A DNA stretch of 64,000 nt, from assembly GCF_009914755.1 (NCBI RefSeq), contig NC_060927.1; one strand, given 5' to 3'. Shown here one piece after another: positions 47,891 through 60,394 of this stretch (positions are counted from its first letter, which is position 1; every line of letters starts with the position of its first letter). The DNA is from the human T2T-CHM13v2.0 reference genome, Homo sapiens. The notes under the pieces are model-generated. The model was given only the letters and a program-made list of their open reading frames with translations. It did not search any database and was not told where the DNA came from. A program made the translations under genes and the position numbers.

Positions 47891-49713
47891 ACCAAGTTAT
47901 ATCCAAGAAAAACCAGCCTGGGAGTTAAAACACCCCAGGATAATTTATAGAGTGACTTCTGTTGCCATAAGTGATATAATTGTTTAGAAAAAATTACCTG
48001 AGTGAAAATTCAAAACTCTAGATTCCAGATCTGGCTCTGACACTACCTGTATGACTTCTAATAAGTTGTTTTTATGTTATAACCATAGCCTCTTCGTCTG
48101 TAAAACTGGCATTTTAATACTGCCCTTCTGTGCCATGCAGGGCTGTTATGATGCTCAGATGAACTAATAAATTCACATTAAAAATTGATTTTGATGATCA
48201 AATGAAACAATAAATTAGAATTAAGCAAACAGCAGCATTTACATTTTATAGGAGCAGATTTTATGCTCCTATAAATTCACAAATAATCATCTTAAAAGCC
48301 ATTCATTTAATTTAACAAACTTTATTAAGCAATTCCTTAAAGGTTCAAAGATATGCTATGCTTTGGCAATTTGTAGATGAATAAAACAATGTCCTTGCCC
48401 TCTAGGAGGTGTCAGAAAAGTGAGGGAGAAAGATAATGAAGTAATTTCCATACAGTGTGATGAGTAGCAATACTTGGAGAATGAACAAAATGAGAAGGAA
48501 GCATAGGGAATGTACATTAACTCTAATTTAAAAGAATCAGGCTGAGAATAAATGTCCCAGCATATCCTGTGCATGTTAATACTAATGCTCTACAATTAGA
48601 TTTACATTATAAATATATACAGTCTTAATGTCACTTCATGCTATCTTACTTCCAGGGTGAATGTGAACAAATAATAAATACTCAGTATTTTTTTCAATTG
48701 ATGCTGGTAGAGAACAAGGCTTCATATCAATCATCCCCTCACATTCTCTCTGCATCTTTCTATCCCCCTCCAGCTCATACGTCTTTCTTTTCTCTTATAT
48801 TTTCCCATTTATTTTCTCCTTCTTAGGTATTCTAGCCCAGAATCCTTGCACAGGATATTTCCTTAGCTGTGTTTCAATGACACATAAAATATTATCACCC
48901 CCTGCAAGGAATTACAGCTCAATTCACTATACTGTCAAGAGGACAATAACGTGGTGACAAGCCTCACTCACACCAGCCACCTTCTCATGACTCTAAAGCT
49001 GGCACCAAATGCATGAATTAGCTCCTGACATTTTAAAAAATTATTTTAATTCATTAAAAAAATGTATTATAAATGCAAACAGAAAAGGGTACAGATTTTT
49101 TAAATACTCATTGTTGAATCTTCTCAAATTAAACACACCTATTACTCCAGAACAAGAAATAGAATGTTACAACACCCCAGAATTTCTGCTGTGCCTCCTG
49201 CCAGTCACTATCATCTCTTGTTTTCTCTATAGTGAACTAATACCTATACACATGCTGCCTTACAACATCCCTGTAGAATCATCTATGTGTGTGAATGCGT
49301 GTGTGAGTGTCTGCACGTGCATGTGTGTGTGTTTGTATTAACCTTTGTGCCCCAACCCAGCAATATCTAATTGGGAACTCAAAGGCATTTTTTAGAATGA
49401 GCCTTAGATTTTAGGCGCCTCTGACTATTTTACCAAAATCTATCTTATAATCATCTTAGTAAATTGCCTCTAAAATATAAAATATTTAGAAAAAAACTTT
49501 AACAGACGATTTGCAAGACCTATACACTAAAATTTACAAAACTTTGCTGAGAGGAATTAAGACTTGAATAAATGGAAATGTATACCACCGATACAGAAAT
49601 ATACGTCATGGATTATAAGATTTAATATTATTAAAATGTCAGTTGTGCCCTATCAGAAGAATCCCAACAGGGTTTTTTTTTGTTTTTGTTTTTTGTTTTT
49701 TGTTTTTTTTTTT

Positions 49714-50039
49714 AGCAGTTGCAAGATTTAGTAGAGTGAAAACAGAGCTCCCATACAAAGGGAGGGGACCCAAAGAGGGTAGCCATTGCCAGCTCGAATG
49801 TCTGGGTTTATATCCTGATCATTGTCCCTCCCGTTGTGCTCTTAGGCAATAGATGATTGGCTATTTCTTTACCTCCTGTTTTTGCCTAATTAGTATTTTA
49901 GTGAGCTCTCTTTACTATCTGACTGGTCAGGTGTGAGCTAAGTTGCAAGCCCCGTGTTTAAAGGTGGAAGTGGTCACCTTCCCAGCTAGGCTTAGGGATT
50001 CGTAGTTGGCCTAGGAAATCCAGCTAGTCCTGTCTCTTA
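49714..50039 (-). mobile_element. LTR17 U3-R (3' LTR truncated at the poly(A) site)
   Basis: Starts TAAGAGACAGGACTAGCTGGATTTCCTAGG (LTR17 start, TG mutated); CCAATC 49855-49860; GGATATAAA 49807-49815; ends ...CTTGCAACTGCT before the A-tail. Confidence 0.9.
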
Positions 50040-51076
50040 GTCCCCCCTCTCAACAGGAAAACTCAAGTGCTGTTGGGGAGGTTGGCCAACGACCGCTCTA
50101 ACTGCTTCCTGCTGAATTGGGGCATAGTAGGGGTTGTGCAGTTGAGATTTCCTTGGGAGGGTTGCCTTTGATGTCATTAACATTGGAGCACAGGCTAGCA
50201 GGCCAGTCCAGGGGTCTGCGGTAGATTTTAGTCATGGACTGCATCTGGGGCTCCATTTGAAGAACTATTTGTAGCTTTACAGCTTCAATTCTGGAAGAGA
50301 CAAACTTAACAAGGAGGTTAAAGATACAGGGATTGAAATGTGTGGACTGCAGTGCACGGGATTATTTCTTTGGCACACTTCACAGGCCCTGACTATCTGC
50401 TTGATAGTTTTGAAAAGGCCTGGTCCCATAAATAATGATTTGGCCATCTGATGGGTGCTATCAATGCCTAAGTGAAAGGTTTGGTGAAGGGTTTTAAGTA
50501 ATTTCCGTTGGCTAGCTGCAGGCTAAAGTATTTTCCCTTCTTCGGTGGCTAGCCATCCTGAGGGGAGGAAACTATGTGCTCTTGAGGTTCCCCATTCTAT
50601 TTCTCCTGCTGAGTACTGGGGCTTGGTTTCCTGGAGGGTATTACCCCATACTAGGGGTCCTTCTATAAGCATTTTTAATGGAGGGTCCTGCCTTGCAGCT
50701 CTTTTGGCTTCAATATCCGCTTGGTGGTTCCATTCTGTTTCCCTTTCCTTTTCTTTCTGATGACCCTGGCAGTGTAAGACTGTCACCTCTTTAGGTTTCT
50801 GTACAGCCAATGATAATCTCTTAATGGCTTCCTGATGTTTGATAGGTGTTGCCTCAGAAGTTAGGAATTCCCTTTCTCTCCATATTGCTGCATGGGCATG
50901 GAGGACTAGGCAAGCCCCTAGTCTTAAGTGTCTGTATATATATTTACCCTTTTTTCTTCTCCTAATTCTAGTGCCCGAGTGAGGGCTATTAGTTCTGCCA
51001 GCTGAGCACTAGTTCCCGGAGTGAGGGGATTACTTTCAAGTATTCCATTATCACTGACCACTGCATACCCCACTTT

Positions 51077-52066
51077 TCAAAGTCCTTTTTCTACAAAGGA
51101 ACTTCCATCAGTATACAAGTTGAGGTCGGGATCTGCCAAGGGAACCTCTAAAAGGTCCCCTTGAGCGGCATAGGTTTGAGCAATTACTTGTTGACAGTTA
51201 TATTCTATCTTTTCTTCATTGTCTGGAAGAAATGTGGCTGGGTTAAGAGTTGCACAAGTGTGCAGTCGCAGCACTGGCCTTTCAAGTAATAGAGCCCGAT
51301 ATTTAAGCAAACAGTTGTCTGACAGCCACAAGTCTCCTTTAGCAGTGAGTATGCTGTTCACATCATGAGATGTCCACACAGTAAGATCTCTTCCCTGTAT
51401 TATTTTAACTGCTTCAGATGCTAAGACTGCTACTGCCACCACTACCAGTAAACAATGAGGCCAACCCTTTGCCAGTGCATCAATTTCCTTACTCAGGTAT
51501 GCCACAGGTTGCAGGCTTGTCCCTCGTACCTGTGTAAGGACTCCTAGAGCTATTCCTGTTTTTTCTGTGACATATAAAGAAAAGTCTTGCCCCGTTGGCA
51601 AGCTTAACATTGGGGATTGGGTTAGGGCCTTCTTTAGTGCCTGGAAAGCCACTTCTGCTTCAGGTGTCCATCTTACCAAACGGGTATTGGCTTTCTGAGT
51701 TTCCTTAATTAGTGTATATAACGGTCTGGCTATTTCGCCATACCTGGGAATCCATATTCGGCAGAAACCTGTTATGCCAAGGAACCCTCTTAGTTGCTTT
51801 AGGGTTTTGGGATGAGGATAAGCCAGTATAGGCTGGATATGTTCCTCACTGAGGGCCCTGGTACCTTTGGATAATTTTAGCCCTAAGTATTTAACCTGCT
51901 GTGAGCAGAGCTGAGCCTTTGGTTTGGAAATCTTGTAGCCACAGGTAGCGAGGAAATTTAAGAGTGCTTGGGTGGCTTGATGGCACAAGGTTTCTGAATG
52001 GGTGGCTAAAAGTAAATCATCCATGTACTGAAGGACAAGAGTGTCCAGGTATGAGAATTGGCTCAA
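51077..52066 (-). pseudogene. HERV-W pol remnant ORF (RT C-terminal half, connection, start of RNase H)
   Basis: 329-aa ORF with LQYMDDLLLA catalytic motif, QVKYLG, LRGFLGITGFCRIWIP and YTDGSS; stop follows, with frame-disrupted RNase H/IN downstream (ORF 50523-50810). Confidence 0.9.
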
Positions 52067-52550
52067 GTCTTGGGCTAACCCAACAGGCTTTTAAAATAGA
52101 GAATGACAAGTTTATTTTAAATTTTATATGGAAATGCAAAGGACTAAAAATAGCCAAAACAAACTTGAAAAACAATAACAAAGTTGGAGGATACATATTA
52201 CCTGATTTCAAGGCTAATTAAGACATAGTAATTAAGACAGTGTAGTATTAGTATAAGGACAAGTAAATAAATCAATGGAACAAAATAGAAAGTCTGGAAA
52301 TAGATCTGTACCTATATTGCCAATTGATTTTCAGCAGAGATGCTAAGCAGAGATTCAGCAGAGATTTTCAGCAGAGATGCTAAGGTAATTCAGTGAGGAA
52401 AAGGAAAGTCTTTTCAAAAATTAATCCCAACCCTTACCACACATCATTCACACAAATTTGAGATAGATTATAAACCTAACATAAAATTATTGAACTTCTA
52501 GAAGAAAATATAAGAGAATATCTTCATTACATTTGAGTAGGCAGAGTTCT

Positions 52551-52839
52551 TTTTTTTAAGATAAGAGTCTCACTCTGTTGCCCAGGCTGGAGTGTAGGGG
52601 CACTATCTTGGGTCACTGCAACCTCTGCCTCCTGGTTCCAAGCGGTTCTCCTGCCTCAGCCTCCTGAGAAGCTGGGATTACAGGCATGCGCCACCATGCC
52701 TGGCTAATTTTTGTATTTTTAGTAGAGACAGGTTTTCATCATGTTGGCAGGCTGGTATCAAACTCCCGACCTCAAGTGATCCGCTCACCTCAGGCTTCCA
52801 AAGTGCTGGGATTACAGGCATAAGCTACCACATCAGGCC
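52551..52839 (-). mobile_element. AluS
   Basis: Antisense dimer, TSD AGGCAGAGTTCTT. Confidence 0.88.
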
Positions 52840-53556
52840 AGGCAGAGTTCTTACAGAGGAAATAAAAAGCATGAACCATAAAAGAAAAAAATGATAACTT
52901 CTACTTCATCAAAGTTAAAACATTTTTGTTTGTCAAAAAACATTATTAATAAAATGAAAAGGTGATCCCACAGACTGGGAAAAATATGCACCATATATCT
53001 ATATCTATATATATCTGATGAAGAACTTGTATCATAAATACAAAAACTCCAACAAGCCAATAATTAAAAGATAACCCAATTTTTTAAATAGGCAGAAATT
53101 TGCATTGATACTTCACAAAAGATACACAAATGGCCAATAAACACATGAAAAGGCATCCAGCATTATAGTCATCAGGAAAATGCAAATTAAACCACAATGA
53201 TAGGCCATTTCAAACCCCCTAGAATGACTTAAAGGTAAAAAACACTGATGACACCAAGTGTGTGAAGCCACCAGAACTCTTGTACATTGCTAGTCAAAGT
53301 GTTAAAAATCATAAAGCCACTTTGGAGAACTCTTAGGTAGTTTCTCATAATGTTAAATGTACATTCACCCTATTATCCAACAATTCTACTCCTAGATACT
53401 TACCCAAAAGAAATGAAAGCATGTCCAGAAAAATACTTTTTACAATAATGTTCATAGAGCTTTTTTCATAATATGTCAAAACTGGAGGCAACCCAAACAT
53501 CCATACAGTCCATACACCATGCATTATGGTGCAACCATATAATCGAATACTATTTA

Positions 53557-53931
<375 letters not shown>

Positions 53932-54736
53932 GGAATGTACTACTGATATGTGCAGTAATGCAAATGATTCTTAAAACATTAGGTTGAGCAAAATAACCCA
54001 GACACAAAAGTGAACAACTGCATGATACCAGTGATTTGAAAATCTCATCTACGGAGCTAGAAATCAGAATAGCAGTTACCTAAAGAAGTTGGGATTGACT
54101 TAGGAGCTTGAAGCAACTTCCTGGGGTAACAAAAATGTTCTATGTTTTGACTGGGATATTTTTCAAACCCATTGAATCTTACATTTAAGATTCATGCAAT
54201 TCACTGCATGTAAATTTTAACTCAATTTAAAAAATTAATTGGAAACAATGTTTTAGCAGTTCAAAAGATGTCTGAGATCAGCTTTAGACCTGGATGGTAT
54301 TTGTTAACTTTCTTAAGAACTTTCCTTAAATATAATTTAAAAATTTTATTTATTTTTAAATATGTTCTACATTCATATGGCTTAAAAAACCAAAACACAT
54401 TTTTTTAGGAAAAAAAAAGAAAAACAAACAAAGGAACTGTAAAAATTCCCACTTCCTTGTTTTCCATTGTCTCAGCTCCCCTACCCTGTGGACAACTACT
54501 ATTCTAAGTTTCTTCTGAATTCTTCCTCATATTCTTTATGCAAAAATAGCACTAAAGTTTCACTTAGTGTGATGAAGTCTGAGAAAACATGGTGTTAAAT
54601 ATCCTATTAAAAGTTATGTGGCATTATAACTGTTACTAGAGATGATAACATTAGAACTGTTATTAGAAATGTTAACATTAGAACTGGACATTCTGTTTGA
54701 TCAGGTCTTTGTCCAAACTGAAGTTGTCATGACTTT

Positions 54737-54866
54737 TCAAAGCACAGTTTCTAGAGAGTTTTCACACGCTGTCAGACCTCCTCGGGTAGTCAAGTTAGAA
54801 ATGCTCTTTTTGGCCAGGACTCTTGCTATTTCTAACTGCTGAAGCCATCGTTTCTCTTTAAAGGCA
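54737..54866 (-). CDS. ANKUB1: ANKUB1 terminal coding exon (long isoform)
   Basis: Acceptor TTGTTTTCTTGCAG|T completes Ser (AG+T); AFKEKRWLQQLEIARVLAKKSISNLTTRGGLTACENSLETVL then TGA; candidate AATAAA at 54345-54354 on minus strand. Confidence 0.85.
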
Positions 54867-57794
54867 CTGCAAGAAAACAAGATATAATTTGTAAGGAGGT
54901 CTGATCTTGTCTGCATACATAGCTGAAAAAGGATGGAAATCTTCAGGTTGATTTTGTAGCTAGGGCTAGTTTGTCTTGTCACATAGGTAGATGTGAAATA
55001 GAAACAGTAATCTTTCTAAAACAAGTTCCCTGTGATGCAGTGGGAATGATATTTTCTCAAGGCAATACTAAAAACTTAGAATCCACAACTAGAAACAGAA
55101 AGCCACTCAATATCATGTAGAATTCTCTGGGTTGAAACTTTTTCTCTCTCCTCTCTAGATATTCCTATACATCACATATTCCCTGGCCTCCTCTTTTCTC
55201 CACTTTCTACCCCTACGAACACACATGAGGATTTTTTAATTGAAAAGATATTAGGTATTTTGATAGTCTTTAACTAAAATGCAAAGGAACTTAATGTTTT
55301 ATGATAGTTATTCTCTGGCTATATACTAATAAAGACTTGCAAATTTGAATACGATTACTCTTTGTAGGATGCAAATGTGATTTAATACAGAGGTGTTTTA
55401 CATCACCTTAAATGTTGGGGTCCTCCAAGATTCTATCTTTGGTCCTCCTCTCTTTCTACACCCTCATCCTAGGAGTCCTCATTTACTCACTGTTTAAATT
55501 CTTTTATCCATGACTCCTTGACCTTTCTCAAAAGTGGCATATCTCCAATTAACAAATAAAAATATTCATCCCATAGACACTTCTAATTTAACATATCTTT
55601 ATCTTCTTCCTAAACTTGTCCCACTTCTGTTTCCTTGTTCTAACACTTCGATTTTGCTATCCTCACCATCTCCAAAGCTAGAAACGAAACTAAATTCCTT
55701 CTTTCTCTATTTCCACACCCAGTCAGTGACCAAATTTTGTGGATTATTCCCCAGAAATATCTCTTGTATTTGGCCTTTTCTCTTTTCCCTAACTACTGTT
55801 GTTCTAGTCCAGGTCTTTATTTTCTCTTATTTCTCTTTTTGCAGCTTCCTACCTTTACTATAGTCTTTCCACATCTTTCCAACGAGTCTTCCATACATCT
55901 CTATCAGATTTGTCTTCAAAAACAAACAAAAACTGATTATGGAACTTACTTCATGAAAAAGAACTTCTATGAGCTTCCCACCTACCTCCTACCCCATGGA
56001 AGGGGGAATAAGAAGCAAACTCTTCACTTGGTCACACAAGATGCTTCTTAGTGTAGATGCAGTCTACTTTGCCAGTCTTATCTCCAGCCAGTTCTTCCTT
56101 ATTGCCTAGGATGACTTTTGCAAATCCACGTACCTTCCTGAAAATTCAATTTCTTGCTTGCTCTTTCACAAAAGTGCCTTTGACCATGTTACTAGCTCTG
56201 CCTGGATCCTTTACCTCACCTCTGCCCATGTTGTCTGGCAAAGTCTGGTATTTCTAAAAGGCTTTCACTCAATCTATTAGGAGTAACCCTGTATAAAAGT
56301 ACCATAGTGTTTCCAACATTTGAACCAGGTCTATGTCTGCCTGATTCAACTTCTTTGTTCTAGATTAACTTCTTGCTTTACCTCAATGGCTGTGTCTTTC
56401 TGTGCCCTCTAAACTGAGTTAACCCATCCATGCAGCCCATAAAATTAGGTGTTAAGTCTTAAAGAAATCATTCAGGCACTTTCAGCCTTTCCCTGTATCC
56501 CACCAGACTTAGTTTGAAGTCCTCTCCTGTTCTGATGCATATCCTTGCTCTTCCTAGGCTCAGAGCCTATCCTGATTCTCTCCCTGGCATTTGAAACCTG
56601 GCTTTTCTGCATTCATTCAAAAACTGTTTACCTTAAGAAAAAGATGCGTATTGAGCACTTACTCTATGGCAAGCACTATTCTATGTGCTGGAGATACAAA
56701 AGGTGATTAAAACATACAAGATATGCCTTTTTAAATAAAGAATAAAAACAAAGAGCTGTACTTGTATCCAGAGTACAAGAGCCCAGCAAAGCTCATAACA
56801 TTTGAGATTATCATCTATTCTCAGTCCACTCAAACTCTCAGCCTTCTGGATCAATCCCTTACATTTGAATCTTTACTTAACTGGACTCCCAGGTCACATA
56901 AACCTCTCTGGAATTGGACAATGAGCAATAAGGAAAGCTATTTTCTAGACACACCTTACAGATATTCTTTGACCTGTGTAAAGCCTACTGACGTCTAGGC
57001 TGAGGAATGAGACTCTATGTGACCTTCTGGCCTCAGTGACTGTCTACACCAGCCACATTTACTCACCAACCCAAACCCACATTAGCGCTTGATCTGTGTT
57101 AACTGCATAATGCCATCTTGGAGTCAACCCTGAGAGGTTTAGTTTTATGAATCTAAAGGTAGGAGTTCCTGAATGACATGTGGTCCAACAAGTACTTTCA
57201 CATGATGCCAGATGACTTGTCTGCTTTGGGAGACTCCCCTTTCTGTAAAACAGGAACATCTGATGGTCACTTTACCCACCTGATCCCTGGGTCAGCATCA
57301 TGAAGGATTACATTAGGTTCTTCCCCATTTCCTGGCTATGACACTAGCTTGGTGATGGTGCATGTAGCCATCAAGATAGCGTCCATCCATTCCTCATGTT
57401 TGTGTCTTTGTGGTACAAGAGCTGCACTGGTCATTTAGAGGGGTGCTCAGACCACCTGACTGCCTGCCTTGACTGTCTACTTCAGGTAGATGTAAGTGCT
57501 TTTGTGACTTCTATGGGGAACTTGAACTCGATCAAGAAGACTGCAGGGTCATGAGATTGTAGATCTCTCCTTCCCTTCCACAGCCCACCAACAAAGGAAG
57601 GTGGAACAGATCCTGGGAAAGATTCAGTGGAAAGGGGGCAGAAATGGATGGGAAGTGGAGGGTGTGAATACAGGAAAGAGAAAAATATTGAGAAAAGAGA
57701 AATGGAAAGAGGATTTGCTAGGAGTAACACTGCCAGAGTAAATGTGCGGTCAGACTGACCACCACTCCCCCTATGGGTCTCCCTTCTGCATTAA

Positions 57795-58015
57795 TCCCTT
57801 CCTTCCTTTCCCTTCCTTCCTTCCCTCCCTCCCTCCCTCCCTCCCTTCCTTCCTCCCTCCCTCCCTCCTCTCCTCCCTTCCTCCCTTCCTCTCTCTTTCT
57901 TTCTTTCCTTCCTTCTTTCTTTCTTTTTCTTTCCTTCCTTCCTTCTTTCTTCCTCTCTTTCTCTCTTTCCTTCCTTCCTTATTTTCTTTCCTTCTTTCCT
58001 CTCTCTCTTTCCTTC
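57795..58015. repeat. Polypyrimidine (CCTT/CCCT/CTTT)n tract
   Basis: About 220 bp almost exclusively C/T. Confidence 0.95.
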
Positions 58016-58129
58016 ACAGAATAACACTTTAACAAAATGTTTTCTCTAGAAATTTCTTTCTTGACCTTGAAATTGCCACTCATTAATAATTCCAATCCTT
58101 ATGAAATGTAGCTACAAAAAAAAAAGCAC

Positions 58130-58720
58130 ACTGGTAGTCTCTTTTAAAAAGTGTTTTGAAATGTTTACTAAAGCTAAACATAAATTTATCCTATGACCCG
58201 GCAATTCTATTCCTTGGTATAGAGTCAAGAGAAGTGAACGCAGATGTCCACCAAAACTCATATGCAAGAACAATCATGCATTTTTATTCAAAGTAGCCCC
58301 TAAATTAGAAACAATTTAAATGTCCATCAGTAGGAAAATAGATAAATAAATTAGGATATGGAATACTGCATACAAATGGAATGCTACATAGAAATAAGAA
58401 CAATCAATACATGCAAAAACACTGATGAATCTTATAGGCAATGTGTTGAACAAAAAAAGCAAAATATCAAAGGTATATGCCATATGTGCCCTTTATATGA
58501 AGTTCAAGAACAGGCTAAAGTAATCTTCGGTGATAGAGATGAGAATAATAGTTACATCCGGGAAGGATCATGACTGGCAAGGGGCATGAAGGAAATTTTG
58601 GGGGGTGCTGGAAATAGTTTGCATCTGATCTGAGTAGTGCTTGTATGAAAACATAAAAATTCAACAAGCCATATATGTGAGATTAGTGGTCCTTATGGAT
58701 TTTACTATATATTTCATAAC
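58130..58720 (+). mobile_element. L1ME-type 3' fragment
   Basis: CCTATGACCCGGCAATTCTATTCC..., AAATGTCCATCAGTAGG..., GACTGGCAAGGGGCATGAAGGAA. Confidence 0.7.
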
Positions 58721-58785
58721 TCATTTCCTCCCCAAGAAAGCACTGTATACAACAACAGACACTGTCAGCTTTTCTTATCTAAAAC

Positions 58786-58822
58786 CACACACACACACAT
58801 GCACACACACACACACACACAC
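58786..58822. repeat. Interrupted (CA)n microsatellite
   Basis: CA run, ATG interruption, CA run. Confidence 0.9.
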
Positions 58823-59770
58823 CTTAAAAACAGATGCTTTTTCATGCACATTTCCATTCTGCTGGGCACAGCACTGGGCTATAGTAAACACTTACTGAAT
58901 GTTTGAAAAATAAACTCATTTTTAGCATGTATCTGTTGATAAAACAAATCAATATTTCCTTTCTTGTTTACAGCCTTATTTTAAGAGGGACTATGTAGTT
59001 TTTTCAATTAATAATTTTCCTAGTATATTTCTAGAATTTTTGGTGATCTCTTTTTATACATTCTAGTCAGAGATATCTCACAAATTACAAAGATTGAGAC
59101 TATTAAGCTATTAAGTGTCTTCCTCTATTGTCAACCTCACTCTGTTGGATATTGAATTTTGAGTTTTACAGCCCAAATTACTCTCACCACAAGGTGGCAA
59201 CAACCTAACTGAAATAAAGTTGAGCTGAGCTAAAGACCAGTACAGAAAAGCAAGTAGAACAATCTAGCCTTGTTTTTTCTTTACTTCTCATTATATTGAG
59301 TAAAGGGAAAAGTCGCTTGTAAATCTATATTTCTAACTGTAAAATTTGCATCAAATAATACCTCATAAGTAATGGATGGGATCTGAGCTCTAATCAGAGA
59401 GTTGTGTACCTTAAACATCTAATTCCGATACACTTTCTTATCTCTTTAGATGTGCTAAGGATTACCTTTTAACTCACTGTAAATATTAATGTCAATTCTA
59501 GCACCCTGTCCAATACAGATCTCACCCCATATGTGTATCTTGCCTAGTCAGTCAATTCAAGTCTTTAATCATTCAATTTGTCATTAATGTGTTCCTTTCT
59601 TTCTTCCCATTTTCATTACCATTTAGTTTTCTATGACACTTTTTATGTCTCCCTCCCATATTTCAGTTTTCTCTCTTTCCCCTCTAATTACAATTAATGT
59701 TTTATTAGCTTTAGAAGAAGAAGAGGAAGACAAAGAAGTGGAAGAGGAGGAAAAAGAAGAAGCATTAGCA

Positions 59771-60148
<378 letters not shown>

Positions 60149-60394
60149 CTACTGTGTTTCTTTCCCTCCTGAAAGTTTGAGGAGTAAAGTACTGCACAGA
60201 TTGGATTGGCCAATAATATTAATTCATTTTGTCCTAGTGATGAGGCTAAGATGAGGTCCTTGAAGCTGGGTATTGATGCACTGGAACAACTTGTATTACT
60301 TTCAGTGGCATAGTAGGGCATTATGGACCATTCCTTATCCTGGACCTGCCTTATAAAAGCTTTGCTGTTTGTATGTTTAAGGGGAGAACATTAC

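Larger units (their letters stand above)
49672..52078 (-). mobile_element. HERV-W (HERV17/LTR17) L1-processed pseudogene, 5'-truncated and internally deleted
   Basis: Minus strand reads pol (RT/RNase H/IN start), env 3' end, PPT GAGAGGGGGGAC (50040-50051), U3-R of LTR17 lacking U5, poly(A) tail; TSD CCCAACAGG(G/C)TTTT at 49663-49676 and 52079-52092. Confidence 0.93.

Noticed and set aside
57742-58032. F/L/P/S-rich and E/G/R/K-rich ORFs
   Set aside because: Translations of the simple CT/GA repeat.
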